Source: Thermodesulfobacteriota bacterium (GTDB lineage: Bacteria > Desulfobacterota > Binatia > Bin18). Taken from it: DNA of 64,000 nucleotides. The notes below the pieces were generated by a model. The model made no database searches, was not told the DNA's origin, and saw only the letters and a list, made by a program, of their open reading frames with translations. Of the stretch, positions 31,944-41,141 are shown piece after piece. Position 1 is the stretch's first letter; each line of letters opens with the position of its first letter. The stretch is from the NCBI GenBank assembly GCA_964291405.2, contig OZ219926.1, forward strand, positions 768,001 through 832,000, in the 5' to 3' direction. Made by a program: the position numbers and the translations under genes.

Positions 31944-33095
31944 ATGAAATGCCAGCGCGATTTATTTTCTTTGCCCGACGGTCAACACTACCTCAACTGT
32001 GCCTATATGTCGCCGCTGTTAAAAGCCGTTGAAACGGCCGGCATCAACGGCCTGCGACGCAAAGCCGTGCCCGCCGAGATTGGGACGGCCGATTTCTTTG
32101 ACCCGGCAGAAGAACTGCGCCTTGCGTTCGCCCGGCTCATACATACCTCGCCCGAGCGGATCGCCCTTATCCCTGCGGTCAGCTATGGGATGGGTATCGC
32201 GACATATAATCTCCCGCTCAGACCGGACCAGAACGTCGTGATTCCCGGCGAGGAGTTCCCGAGTAACGTCTACCCCTGGCTGGAGCAGTGCAAGCGCACG
32301 CGCGCTACCTTGCGTCGAGTTGACCGGCCCCAAGAGTCGCACGCACCGGGAGCGGTCTGGAACGCAAGATTTCTCGAAGCCATCGATACCCATACTGCCG
32401 TCGTCGCCCTGAGTAGTGTGCACTGGACGGATGGCACGCTCTTTGATCTGGAACAGATTGGACAGCGGGCTCGCGCTGTGGGCGCCCTGTTTATCGTGGA
32501 CGGCACCCAGTCGGTCGGCGCTCTGCCGTTTGATTTCGAGCGGGTTCAGCCCGACCTTTTGGTCTGTGCCGGTTATAAGTGGCTGCTCGGCCCCTACCAG
32601 TACAGCTTCGCGGCTGTCGGTGATCGCTTGCTGAACGGCGAGCCATTTGAGCACAACTGGATTAACCGCAAAGACAGTCAGAATTTCAGCGCCTTGATCA
32701 ATTATCAGTCCGAATATCAACCAGGGGCGCGACGCTTTGATACCGGGGAGCGCTCAAATTTCATTATGATTCCCATGCTCTTCACGGCCCTCAAGCAGAT
32801 CGGCGAATGGGGAGTGGACAATATCCAGACTTACTGCGCACGGCTGAGCGAAGAACTTGGTCAGGCCCTTGAGGGGACTCCTTACACGGTCGCGCCACCA
32901 CACGAGCGCGCAGCCCACCTATTTGGTGTTCGGATTGCCGATGTCGAGCAGATCTCCGCTATTCTCGAAGCCTTACGTCAGCGCGACGTGTACGTCTCGC
33001 AGCGCGGCGCCTCTATTCGCGTGTCGCCCCATGTCTACAATACGAAGGAAGATATTATGGCGCTGGCCGAGGCACTGCGGGCAGTCGCACGCTAG
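31944..33095 (+). CDS. Class V PLP-dependent enzyme (isopenicillin-N epimerase/kynureninase/C-S lyase-like)
   Basis: YLNCAYMSP, EFPSN, VDGTQSVGA, AGYKWLLGP and IRVSPHVYN. The catalytic Cys loop of cysteine desulfurases is absent. Confidence 0.88.
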   Translation: MKCQRDLFSLPDGQHYLNCAYMSPLLKAVETAGINGLRRKAVPAEIGTADFFDPAEELRLAFARLIHTSPERIALIPAVSYGMGIATYNLPLRPDQNVVIPGEEFPSNVYPWLEQCKRTRATLRRVDRPQESHAPGAVWNARFLEAIDTHTAVVALSSVHWTDGTLFDLEQIGQRARAVGALFIVDGTQSVGALPFDFERVQPDLLVCAGYKWLLGPYQYSFAAVGDRLLNGEPFEHNWINRKDSQNFSALINYQSEYQPGARRFDTGERSNFIMIPMLFTALKQIGEWGVDNIQTYCARLSEELGQALEGTPYTVAPPHERAAHLFGVRIADVEQISAILEALRQRDVYVSQRGASIRVSPHVYNTKEDIMALAEALRAVAR

Positions 33096-33287
33096 CCCCC
33101 ACCGATATCTTTTGATCGTGCTTGTGAGCTTGTCGGGTTTGACTATTTGGTATATGCCTCTGATTTTCTCATGGTAAATGGCCAACCGACGGGCTGGACT
33201 ACTTCTTCTCTGGAAACCCTGCCACTCTCCAAAGAAGAAAGGCGGGGAATATATGGTGGCAATATGGCGCGATTTCTGAAACGCTAG
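33096..33287 (+). pseudogene. C-terminal remnant of an amidohydrolase_2 (ACMSD-like) gene
   Basis: Start-less frame PPPISFDRACELVGFDYLVYASDF...LETLPLSKEERRGIYGGNMARFLKR* resembles the family's G.d.l.fgSD ... Ls.ee...I.ggNa.r tail. Confidence 0.55.
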
Positions 33288-33349
33288 ATGGACAAATCAG
33301 GGCAAAAATTTCTCAGCAGGGACACACGTAAAGAAAGGAGAGATGAGCA

Positions 33350-33781
33350 ATGCATACGAATACGTTTCTAGCTGTAGCGATGCTCGGAGCCGCCTTGACA
33401 TGGACGGGATGCGAATTGGGAGCCGGAGATTCAGAAGTCAACGTCGAAGCCATTTCCGGCAGCAAGATGGTAGTGACAGGGATCGATGACTTCGAGTGCT
33501 TTCGCGCCGAGGTCCAGTCGGCACAGCAGCCGCCCGTGCATGTCCCCCAGGACGAAGGGGCAACAGAAAAAGTCGTCAATGGAGAGGCCACGATTCCCGT
33601 AGCTATGAGCGTCGGCGAAATCATCGTTACCAAGGTGAGGCTCACGATTCCAGAGAACTGCGGGTCGGTGAATGGGGAAATTGAATATAGAGGGGATCCC
33701 AACTCCAATGTGCACGGACCTCTCCCCTTCACCTTTATCTCTGGTGACACCCAGACCTTTCCGCGCCACACCTTCAAATAG
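33350..33781 (+). CDS. Hypothetical lipoprotein
   Basis: AAAGGAG Shine-Dalgarno, signal peptide with lipobox WTGC; no family recognised. Confidence 0.7.
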   Translation: MHTNTFLAVAMLGAALTWTGCELGAGDSEVNVEAISGSKMVVTGIDDFECFRAEVQSAQQPPVHVPQDEGATEKVVNGEATIPVAMSVGEIIVTKVRLTIPENCGSVNGEIEYRGDPNSNVHGPLPFTFISGDTQTFPRHTFK

Positions 33782-33890
33782 CGCCGGGTCCGACCCTATC
33801 TCTTCAGACGGTCTGGATTCGAGCCCCTTTGAGACTGACCTCTCAGCGCATCAGTGCTGGGAGGTCTCCGTCCGAGATCAGGAGACGAGT

Positions 33891-34487
33891 GTGAGTGATA
33901 CGGCGACTCGGCGAGCGGAGTGGGAAACCCGCTATCACACCGGCCACACCGCTTGGCAACGGGAAGCGGCCAACCCGGCCCTTTTCACCTGGCTGGCGCA
34001 AGGCCTGCTGCACCCGTGTCGCATACTTATTCCCGGCTGTGGGCGTTGCCATGAGGTGGTCACCCTGGCCCAGCAGGGGTTCGAGGTCACCGCCGTTGAT
34101 CTCGCCCCAGCGGCAATACACGGCGCCCAACGGTTGATTAAGAACGCGGGTGTTGCCGCGGAAGTCATTCAAGCCGACTTACTCGACTGGGATGCCCCGG
34201 CCCGCTTCGATGCAGTCTACGACCAGACCTGTCTGTGTGCCCTCGATCCCTCAACCCGCCAGGACTACGAACGCCAACTCTTCTCGTGGCTCAGGCCGGG
34301 CGGACAACTGTTTGCCCTCTTTATGCAGGCGACCAATCCGGATGGTCCTCCGTTTCCGTGCGATCTCGACACCATGCATCAGCTTTTTCAGGACGCTCGC
34401 TGGAAATGGCGGGACGCTGAGCCGCTCTCCATTCCACATCCGGCCGGACTGCACGAGTTAGGCTGTATCCTTACGCGTCGGGCCTAG
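33891..34487 (+). CDS. Thiopurine S-methyltransferase-like SAM methyltransferase
   Basis: WETRY.TG.T.W, ILIPGCG, VTAVDLA, FDAVYDQTCLCAL and GPPF. GTG start after AGGAG. Confidence 0.88.
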   Translation: MSDTATRRAEWETRYHTGHTAWQREAANPALFTWLAQGLLHPCRILIPGCGRCHEVVTLAQQGFEVTAVDLAPAAIHGAQRLIKNAGVAAEVIQADLLDWDAPARFDAVYDQTCLCALDPSTRQDYERQLFSWLRPGGQLFALFMQATNPDGPPFPCDLDTMHQLFQDARWKWRDAEPLSIPHPAGLHELGCILTRRA

Positions 34488-34562
34488 CGAATCCGTTCGC
34501 CTCCTGTGACCTCTCTCAAGGCAGACTCCATCGCAGCGCGCGGGTGAAACACCAGGAGCGGA

Positions 34563-35483
34563 TTACGTGCCACCTCTTTCGTAGTACTCAAAAACACGAA
34601 AGATAATCCGCGCCGGTCTAAAATAGGAGGCGTTCTTATTAACGACTTGGCGCTTGACCGTTTGGGTCGTCCAATTGCCGAAGGCATCGTACCGATAGGT
34701 AAACATCTCGGTGTGGCGCCGCCGACCATCATCCACGTACACAATACGCTCAGTCGGATCACCGTTGTTATTGAAGTGGGTGTCCGTTCGCTCACTCAAC
34801 CGGGAGTTCGAGGCATAGACAAAAGAGACTCGGGTCACCAGGGTTCCCCGAAAATCGCGGTGGTAGACGACCTTCTTCACGAGCGTATCTGCTGCGTCAT
34901 ACCACAACTGCTCTTCAATATTTCCCTGAACATCGTAACGCGAGGCCGTACGGTTTTTCAGCTCACCGCCTGGCTGATAGGTACGAGACTCGATTTCCCA
35001 GCCATGGTCGTCATACTGAAAATTTGTTTGTTCTGTCAGCACATCCCTGGCCGAATAGGAACGCGACTCGGTCGGGGAGCCGTGGTCGGCATAGGATGAG
35101 ACAGCGCGTCCCAAAAGGCTGTTCTCCGGCCCGTAGCGCAGCACTTCTCTTTCATTTGTACGCGCGTCGTACAAAAAGACTGCACGCTCACGGAGCGTTC
35201 CATCCGGGTCATACGAGAGGCGCTCAGTGCAATTGCCACGCCGGTCAAACCGATCAGCACGAATCGGCAGTTCTGCCTGCGACTCCCACTTGTCACCCTG
35301 TTTCACTAGGTCGGCCCGAAAGATGGATAACGATCTGACGGGCCCCCGCAGTCCGAGGACGTCCCTTTCGGTCTCCGTTTGCTGTCTCGGGCCAGGAGAG
35401 CGCACGCTTTCGCAGGACAAACAGAGCAGTCCAAGGAGAAAGGCGCTGAGGAACCGATACAGGTCACGCTTGAGTCTTGGCAT
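34563..35483 (-). CDS. YD/RHS-repeat lipoprotein
   Basis: Lipobox LSC, GLRGPVRSL, and repeated Y.YD..G units ending in YRYDAFGNW. Confidence 0.75.
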   Translation of the reverse strand: MPRLKRDLYRFLSAFLLGLLCLSCESVRSPGPRQQTETERDVLGLRGPVRSLSIFRADLVKQGDKWESQAELPIRADRFDRRGNCTERLSYDPDGTLRERAVFLYDARTNEREVLRYGPENSLLGRAVSSYADHGSPTESRSYSARDVLTEQTNFQYDDHGWEIESRTYQPGGELKNRTASRYDVQGNIEEQLWYDAADTLVKKVVYHRDFRGTLVTRVSFVYASNSRLSERTDTHFNNNGDPTERIVYVDDGRRRHTEMFTYRYDAFGNWTTQTVKRQVVNKNASYFRPARIIFRVFEYYERGGT

Positions 35484-35563
35484 TATTTTTCTATTTTCCG
35501 TATTTGAAAAAAGTGTGGTAGATTTCATACTGCTTGCCTTAACTCAGATGAAGAGCGCTCATC

Positions 35564-36600
35564 ATGCTGTTTCGCGAACTCAACCGCAGCGCCACCAAGA
35601 CCTATCTGATTGGGTGCGAAAAAACACAGGAAGTCGCCCTCATTGACCCGGTCTTGGAAAAAACCGACCGCTATCTCGCCCTGCTCGCCTATTATGGATA
35701 TACGCTCAACAGCATCATCGATACGCACACCCACGCGGATCATTTAACGGGGAGTTGGGAGTTGCGGGATCTGACCGATGCGCCGGTGATCATGCATCGA
35801 CGAGCCCCCGCCCCGCATGTTGATATGCATGTCGAAGACGGACAACTCATCCGAGTTGGGACGCTCACCCTACACGTGCTCGCAACCCCAGGCCATACGC
35901 CTGACAGTATGTGCCTCCACGCCATGGATCGAGTGTTCACCGGCGATACCCTGTTTATCCACGGCACCGGGCGGACCGACTTTCCCGAGGGCGACCCAGG
36001 CGCCCAGTACGACAGCATCTATCATAAACTGTTTCCGCTGCCCGACAGCACGCTGGTCTTTCCCGGTCATGATTATCGGGGACATACCCAATCCACTATC
36101 GGCGAAGAAAAACAGACAAATCCACGCGTTGCCGGGCGCAGTCGCCAGGAATATGTCGATTTGATGAACAACCTCCACCTCTCACTGCCGGATAAAATTC
36201 AGGAAGTTCTCCAACCGAACCAGTCTGCCATTGAAGACCAATCCATCCAGTTTCCGAGTCTCTCGGCACTGAATGGCGTGCGCCAGCTTTCCGCCCAAGA
36301 AGTCCAAGCCCAACGGGAGAGCACTACCCCCCCGCTCTTGCTTGATGTTCGTGAGCCAGACGAGTACAGCGATGACCTTGGCCATATACCGGGCAGCATC
36401 CTCATCCCCTCAAAGAGGTGCCGGCACGGGCGGGAGAAATTGAACACCATAAAGACGGTCATATCATTGTTGTATGTCGGGCCGGAGTCCGCAGTACAAC
36501 GGCCGCCGCTATTCTTACCGGTCTTGGATTCGAGCGTGTTTCAAATCTCAAAGGGGGGATGCTGGACTGGAATGAACAACAGTTACCCATTGCGCGCTAG
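35564..36600 (+). pseudogene. Persulfide dioxygenase (ETHE1-like MBL fold)-rhodanese fusion, broken by a 1-nt frameshift
   Basis: DTHTHADH, TPGHT, FTGDTL..GTGRTD, PGHDY, LLDVREPDEY and GHIPG. Adding one C to CCCC (36406-36409) joins IPLKEVPARAGEIE..VCRAGVRS..LKGGMLDW. Confidence 0.85.
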
Positions 36601-36660
36601 TTGGGAGAGCGTGGCGGCTCGCCCGAGATCCGACGCACACCGCGGGAAGGAGCAGACCAC

Positions 36661-38205
36661 ATGGAAGCAGCCACTCACGAAGCGTCCCCAGCAGCACCCG
36701 AAGTGAGATGGGCCAAGGTCATTGATCACACCAAATGTATTGGCTGCCATGCGTGCAGTACAGCCTGCAAATCAGAAAACCATGTCCCAGTCTCGGTCAA
36801 TCGCACCTATGTGAAATACACCGACGTGGGCACCTTCCCGAACGCTCGGCGAGCTTTTCAGGTCACCCGTTGCAATCAGTGTCAGGACGCACCCTGCACC
36901 CACGCCTGTCCGACCGCGGCCATGTACGCCCGGTCTGACGGCATTGTGGATTTTGACAAATCCATCTGTATTGGCTGCAAAGCCTGTATTGCGGCCTGTC
37001 CGTACGACGCGATCTTTATCAACCCCGAAGACCACTCGGCCGAGAAATGCAATTTTTGTGCGCATCGGATCGATATGAACCTGGAGCCGGCCTGCGTTGT
37101 GGTATGCCCGACAGAAGCGATTATGGTGGGCGACCTGAATGACTCCGGTTCAAGCGTGGCGGCAATCGTGGGCCGGGAGCCCGTTGCCGTGCGGCGTCCT
37201 GAAAAGGAAACCCACCCCAAATTATTCTACACCGGCGCCCACCAGGCTACGCTCGACCCACTGGCTGCCACACGGCCCGAAGGCGGCCTTTTTCTGTGGA
37301 GTGAGCAGGGCCGGGGAGCGCAACAGGTGACCTCAGGCCATCCGACCCGGCACAACAGCTCCGCCCAGGCCGTGCTGGCCTATGACGTGCCACACCGTGC
37401 CCCGTGGGACTGGCGGCTGAGCCTGTATACCTGGACCAAAGGACTGGCCTCGGGAGCCTATCTGATTCCAGCCTTTCTGGTGCTCTTTGGAGTGCTGAGT
37501 CCTGAGCATATGCTCTGGCAATGGCTCGCCCCGATTCTGAGCGGGATATTTCTCGCCCTCACCGGTCTGATTCTTATCGCCGATTTGGACCACCCCGAGC
37601 GCTTTATGCTGATCTTTACCCGCCCGCAGTGGAGGAGTTGGTTGGTCCGGGGCGCTTTTATCATCCTGGGTTTTGGCAGTGTTCTATTCCTCCACTTTCT
37701 GGCCACCCTCCTTGTAGGCGGAACCGCATGGCAGTCGGGCCTGATGCTGATCGGTATCCCACTTGGCGTACTGACGAGTGTGTATACCGCCTATCTCTTT
37801 GCACAATCTACTGCCCGTGACCTGTGGCAAAACCCACTCCTTCCCCTCCATTTTCTCGTCCAAACGCTTATTGCAGGAGCCGCTGCGCTCCTCCCCTGCG
37901 CGGTCTGGTGGGCACCTACCGTGGTTTCACCGGTCGCCACACTCCTGGGAGTAGCGTGCGCGCTGCATCTCCTCTTGGTGAGCGGGGAATTCACCCTGCA
38001 CCATCCCACCGTCCATGCGCATCTCGCCGCTGCCGAGATGACGAAGGGCCAATACCGGACGTATTTCTGGGGTGGCGTACTCCTCATCTCTCTCGGCCTG
38101 CTCGCGCCGTGGGCCGGCATACCAGCAGGGTGTGCGGCCCTCATTGGATTGCTGGCATATGAACACGCCTATGTTCAGGCCGGGCAAAGCGTACCGCTCG
38201 CCTAG
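36661..38205 (+). CDS. 4Fe-4S electron-transfer subunit fused to an NrfD/PsrC-type membrane anchor
   Basis: Four Cys groups (CIGCHAC..AC, CNQC..PC..CP, CIGCKAC..CP, KCNFC..PAC..CP), then multiple TM helices with ADLDHPERF and SWLVRG. Confidence 0.92.
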   Translation: MEAATHEASPAAPEVRWAKVIDHTKCIGCHACSTACKSENHVPVSVNRTYVKYTDVGTFPNARRAFQVTRCNQCQDAPCTHACPTAAMYARSDGIVDFDKSICIGCKACIAACPYDAIFINPEDHSAEKCNFCAHRIDMNLEPACVVVCPTEAIMVGDLNDSGSSVAAIVGREPVAVRRPEKETHPKLFYTGAHQATLDPLAATRPEGGLFLWSEQGRGAQQVTSGHPTRHNSSAQAVLAYDVPHRAPWDWRLSLYTWTKGLASGAYLIPAFLVLFGVLSPEHMLWQWLAPILSGIFLALTGLILIADLDHPERFMLIFTRPQWRSWLVRGAFIILGFGSVLFLHFLATLLVGGTAWQSGLMLIGIPLGVLTSVYTAYLFAQSTARDLWQNPLLPLHFLVQTLIAGAAALLPCAVWWAPTVVSPVATLLGVACALHLLLVSGEFTLHHPTVHAHLAAAEMTKGQYRTYFWGGVLLISLGLLAPWAGIPAGCAALIGLLAYEHAYVQAGQSVPLA

Positions 38206-38216
38206 GGGACATCATC

Positions 38217-41141
38217 ATGAGTACTGAGAGACCCAATAAACGCGTGTCTGCCGCTCGTCAGGATACAGAGGCACGGGAGGAGACGTTTTATCCAGGACCA
38301 AGTCGCAATCACCTCGCGTCGTTTCCTCCCAAGGAACGCTGGGACGATTGGATTGAGTTGGACGCCCGCGCCTGGCCGCGACGCGTCGAACAACGCTCGA
38401 TGCTTGTTCCCACCACGTGTTTTAACTGCGAGTCAGCCTGCGGCCTGCTGGCCTATGTTGATCCGGAGACGCTCAGCGTCAGAAAATTCGAGGGTAATCC
38501 TGAACATCCGGCCTCACGGGGCCGGAACTGCGCCAAGGGCCCAGCCACACTCAACCAGATCAACGATCCTGACCGCATTCTCTACCCCCTGAAACGGGCG
38601 GGAAAACGTGGCGAAGGAAAGTGGCAACAGGTTTCCTGGGACGAGGCGCTCGGTGATATTGCCGGCCGCCTTCGGCGGGCGCTCCAGGAAGGCCGTCGCA
38701 ACGAAATCATGTACCACGTTGGCCGTCCTGGCGAGGATGGTTACACCGAACGCGTCCTGGCCGCCTGGGGTGTCGATGGCCACAACTCCCATACCAATAT
38801 CTGTTCGTCCGGGGCTCGCGCCGGATATCATTTTTGGATGGGTGCGGACCGCCCCAGCCCCGACCACGAACATGCCGATGTCATCCTTCTCATCAGCGCC
38901 CACCTGGAATCGGGCCATTATTTTAATCCGCACGCCCAGCGCATTATGGATGCCAAGCGGCGTGGGGCCAAGCTCATCGTCTTTGACGTCCGCCTGTCCA
39001 ATAGCGCCACCCACGCCGACCATTGGGTTGCACCCTATCCGGGAAGCGAGGCGGCCATTCTACTCGCTATAGCCAATCACCTTATTCAGACCGAACAATA
39101 CAACCGCACTTTTGTGCGTGACTGGTGGAACTGGCAGGAATATCTCCAAGAAGAGCGGCCTGACCTGGAGCCTACGTTTGAAAACTTTGAGGCCGTGCTG
39201 AAACAGCTCTATACTGAGTACAGCTTCGCCTTTGCAGCCCAGGAATCCGGGGTCAGCCCGCAGACCATTGAGGCCATCGCCACCCTGGTTGCCTCCGCTG
39301 GAACGCGACTGGCGACCCACACCTGGCGGAGTGCGTCCGCCGGAAATCTCGGCGGCTGGCAGGTGGCGCGGGCGCTGTTTTTCCTCAACGCCCTCACGGG
39401 CGCGGTAGCAACACCGGGCGGGACGTATCCCAATGCGTGGAACAAGTTTGTGCCACGGCCCATCCATACCCCACCCCATCCAGCCATGTGGAATACGCTT
39501 TCCTGGCCGGCCGAATACCCGCTGGCTATTCACGAACTGTCTTTTCTACTGCCGCATTTTCTAAAAGAAGAACGCGCCAAACTCGATGTCTATTTCACCC
39601 GTGTGTATAACCCGGTCTGGACCAATCCCGACGGGTTTTCGTGGATTGAAACCCTCAGCGATGAACAAAAAATCAGCTTGCACGTTGCCCTGACTCCAAC
39701 CTGGAACGAGAGTGCCTACTTCGCCGATTACATTCTGCCCATGGGCGTTGGTAGCGAGCGCCACGACACGCATTCCTACGAAACGCACGACGCCCAGTGG
39801 ATCGGGTTCCGTCAGCCCGTCCTGCGAGCCGCCAGAGAACGCCTCGGTCAGCCGGTGACAGATACGCGCCAGGCAAACCCAGGCGAAGTCTGGGAAGAGA
39901 ACGAGTTCTGGATCGAGTTATCCTGGCAGGTCGACCCGGATGGCTCGCTGGGGATACGCCAATATTTTGAATCCAAAGCCCACCCAGGCCAGAAGCTTAC
40001 CCTTGACGAGTATTACGGGTTTATCTTTGGGCAGTCAGTTCCAGGGCTCCCGGAACAGGCCGCCGCCCAGGGACTCTCGCCGCTGGCCTATATGCGTCGC
40101 TACGGCGCGTTTGAAATCCAAAAAAACATCGGAGCGGTCCACGCACAAACAGTCCCACCAGTTGAACTGGACAATACCCAGGTTGACCATCTGGGCCGTG
40201 TCTTCACCGCAAGCCCCAAGCCCGCCGGTCCGAATATCGTCCCCCTGCCCTCGCCGGATGGGGATACAGATGGCCGTCGCCATGTTGGCGTCAAAATAGC
40301 GAGCCGAGACGGTAACGTATATCGCGGCTTTCCAACCCCAAGCGGACGCCTTGAGTTTTATTCAAAGACCCTGAAGGACTGGGGCTGGCCGGAATACGCC
40401 CTCCCCACGTATAGCAAGAGCCATATCCATCCCGACCGGCTCACGGACGACCAAATGGTCTTGATCCCGACCTTTCGCCTACCGGTCCAGATTCACACCC
40501 GGAGCGCAAATGCCAAATGGCTGGACGAGATTGCCCACACCAACCCGCTCTGGCTGCATCCCGGTGATGCCAAGCGCCTGGGTGTAGTCACAGGAAACCT
40601 CGTCCGGGTCGAGACCGAGATCGGCTATTTTGTGCTCAAAGCCTGGGTGACAGAAGGGATTCGACCCGGCATCGTTGGCTGTAGCCACCACATGGGCCGC
40701 TGGAAGCTCGATCAGGCTGGCCAGCGTCAGATGATGGCCACGGTCGGACTCGACCGAAACGGCAGTCAGTGGCACTTGTCTCGCAAGCAGGCAGTCCACG
40801 GCTATCCGAGTGAGGATGCCGATAGCGCACGTGTCTGGTGGACGGATACCGGCGTACATCAGAATCTCACCTTTCCGGTCCACCCTGACCCGATCTCCGG
40901 CATGCACTGCTGGCACCAAGCCGTTCGCGTTCGTCCTGCCCAAAAAGGCGATCAGTATGGGGATATTCAGGTCGATACGGACAAGGCGCATACCGCGTAT
41001 AAGAAGTGGCTCGAACTGACCCGGCCGGCCAGTCAGGTCTCGCCAGACGGCTCACGGCGGCCCTACTGGATGTTACGCCCACTCAAGCCAGGCCGAGAGA
41101 ATTATCAACTGCCTGAGACGGAGCGACCGCCTAAGGACTGA
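38217..41141 (+). CDS. Bis-MGD molybdopterin oxidoreductase catalytic subunit (Psr/Phs/Soe-like), no Tat signal
   Basis: TCFNCESACG..NCAKG FS0 cluster, DRILYPLKR, HTNICS, ADYILP, FPTPSGRLEF and LHPGDA. Confidence 0.92.
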   Translation: MSTERPNKRVSAARQDTEAREETFYPGPSRNHLASFPPKERWDDWIELDARAWPRRVEQRSMLVPTTCFNCESACGLLAYVDPETLSVRKFEGNPEHPASRGRNCAKGPATLNQINDPDRILYPLKRAGKRGEGKWQQVSWDEALGDIAGRLRRALQEGRRNEIMYHVGRPGEDGYTERVLAAWGVDGHNSHTNICSSGARAGYHFWMGADRPSPDHEHADVILLISAHLESGHYFNPHAQRIMDAKRRGAKLIVFDVRLSNSATHADHWVAPYPGSEAAILLAIANHLIQTEQYNRTFVRDWWNWQEYLQEERPDLEPTFENFEAVLKQLYTEYSFAFAAQESGVSPQTIEAIATLVASAGTRLATHTWRSASAGNLGGWQVARALFFLNALTGAVATPGGTYPNAWNKFVPRPIHTPPHPAMWNTLSWPAEYPLAIHELSFLLPHFLKEERAKLDVYFTRVYNPVWTNPDGFSWIETLSDEQKISLHVALTPTWNESAYFADYILPMGVGSERHDTHSYETHDAQWIGFRQPVLRAARERLGQPVTDTRQANPGEVWEENEFWIELSWQVDPDGSLGIRQYFESKAHPGQKLTLDEYYGFIFGQSVPGLPEQAAAQGLSPLAYMRRYGAFEIQKNIGAVHAQTVPPVELDNTQVDHLGRVFTASPKPAGPNIVPLPSPDGDTDGRRHVGVKIASRDGNVYRGFPTPSGRLEFYSKTLKDWGWPEYALPTYSKSHIHPDRLTDDQMVLIPTFRLPVQIHTRSANAKWLDEIAHTNPLWLHPGDAKRLGVVTGNLVRVETEIGYFVLKAWVTEGIRPGIVGCSHHMGRWKLDQAGQRQMMATVGLDRNGSQWHLSRKQAVHGYPSEDADSARVWWTDTGVHQNLTFPVHPDPISGMHCWHQAVRVRPAQKGDQYGDIQVDTDKAHTAYKKWLELTRPASQVSPDGSRRPYWMLRPLKPGRENYQLPETERPPKD

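Noticed and set aside
33830-33870. Hairpin upstream of the TPMT-like gene as a SAM/SAH riboswitch
   Set aside because: A stem is present (GACCTCTCAGC/GCTGGGAGGTC) but no conserved riboswitch core is recognisable.
36410-36706. C-terminal extension of the 380-aa ORF
   Set aside because: Product of the frameshift; the true frame is the rhodanese ending at 36600.
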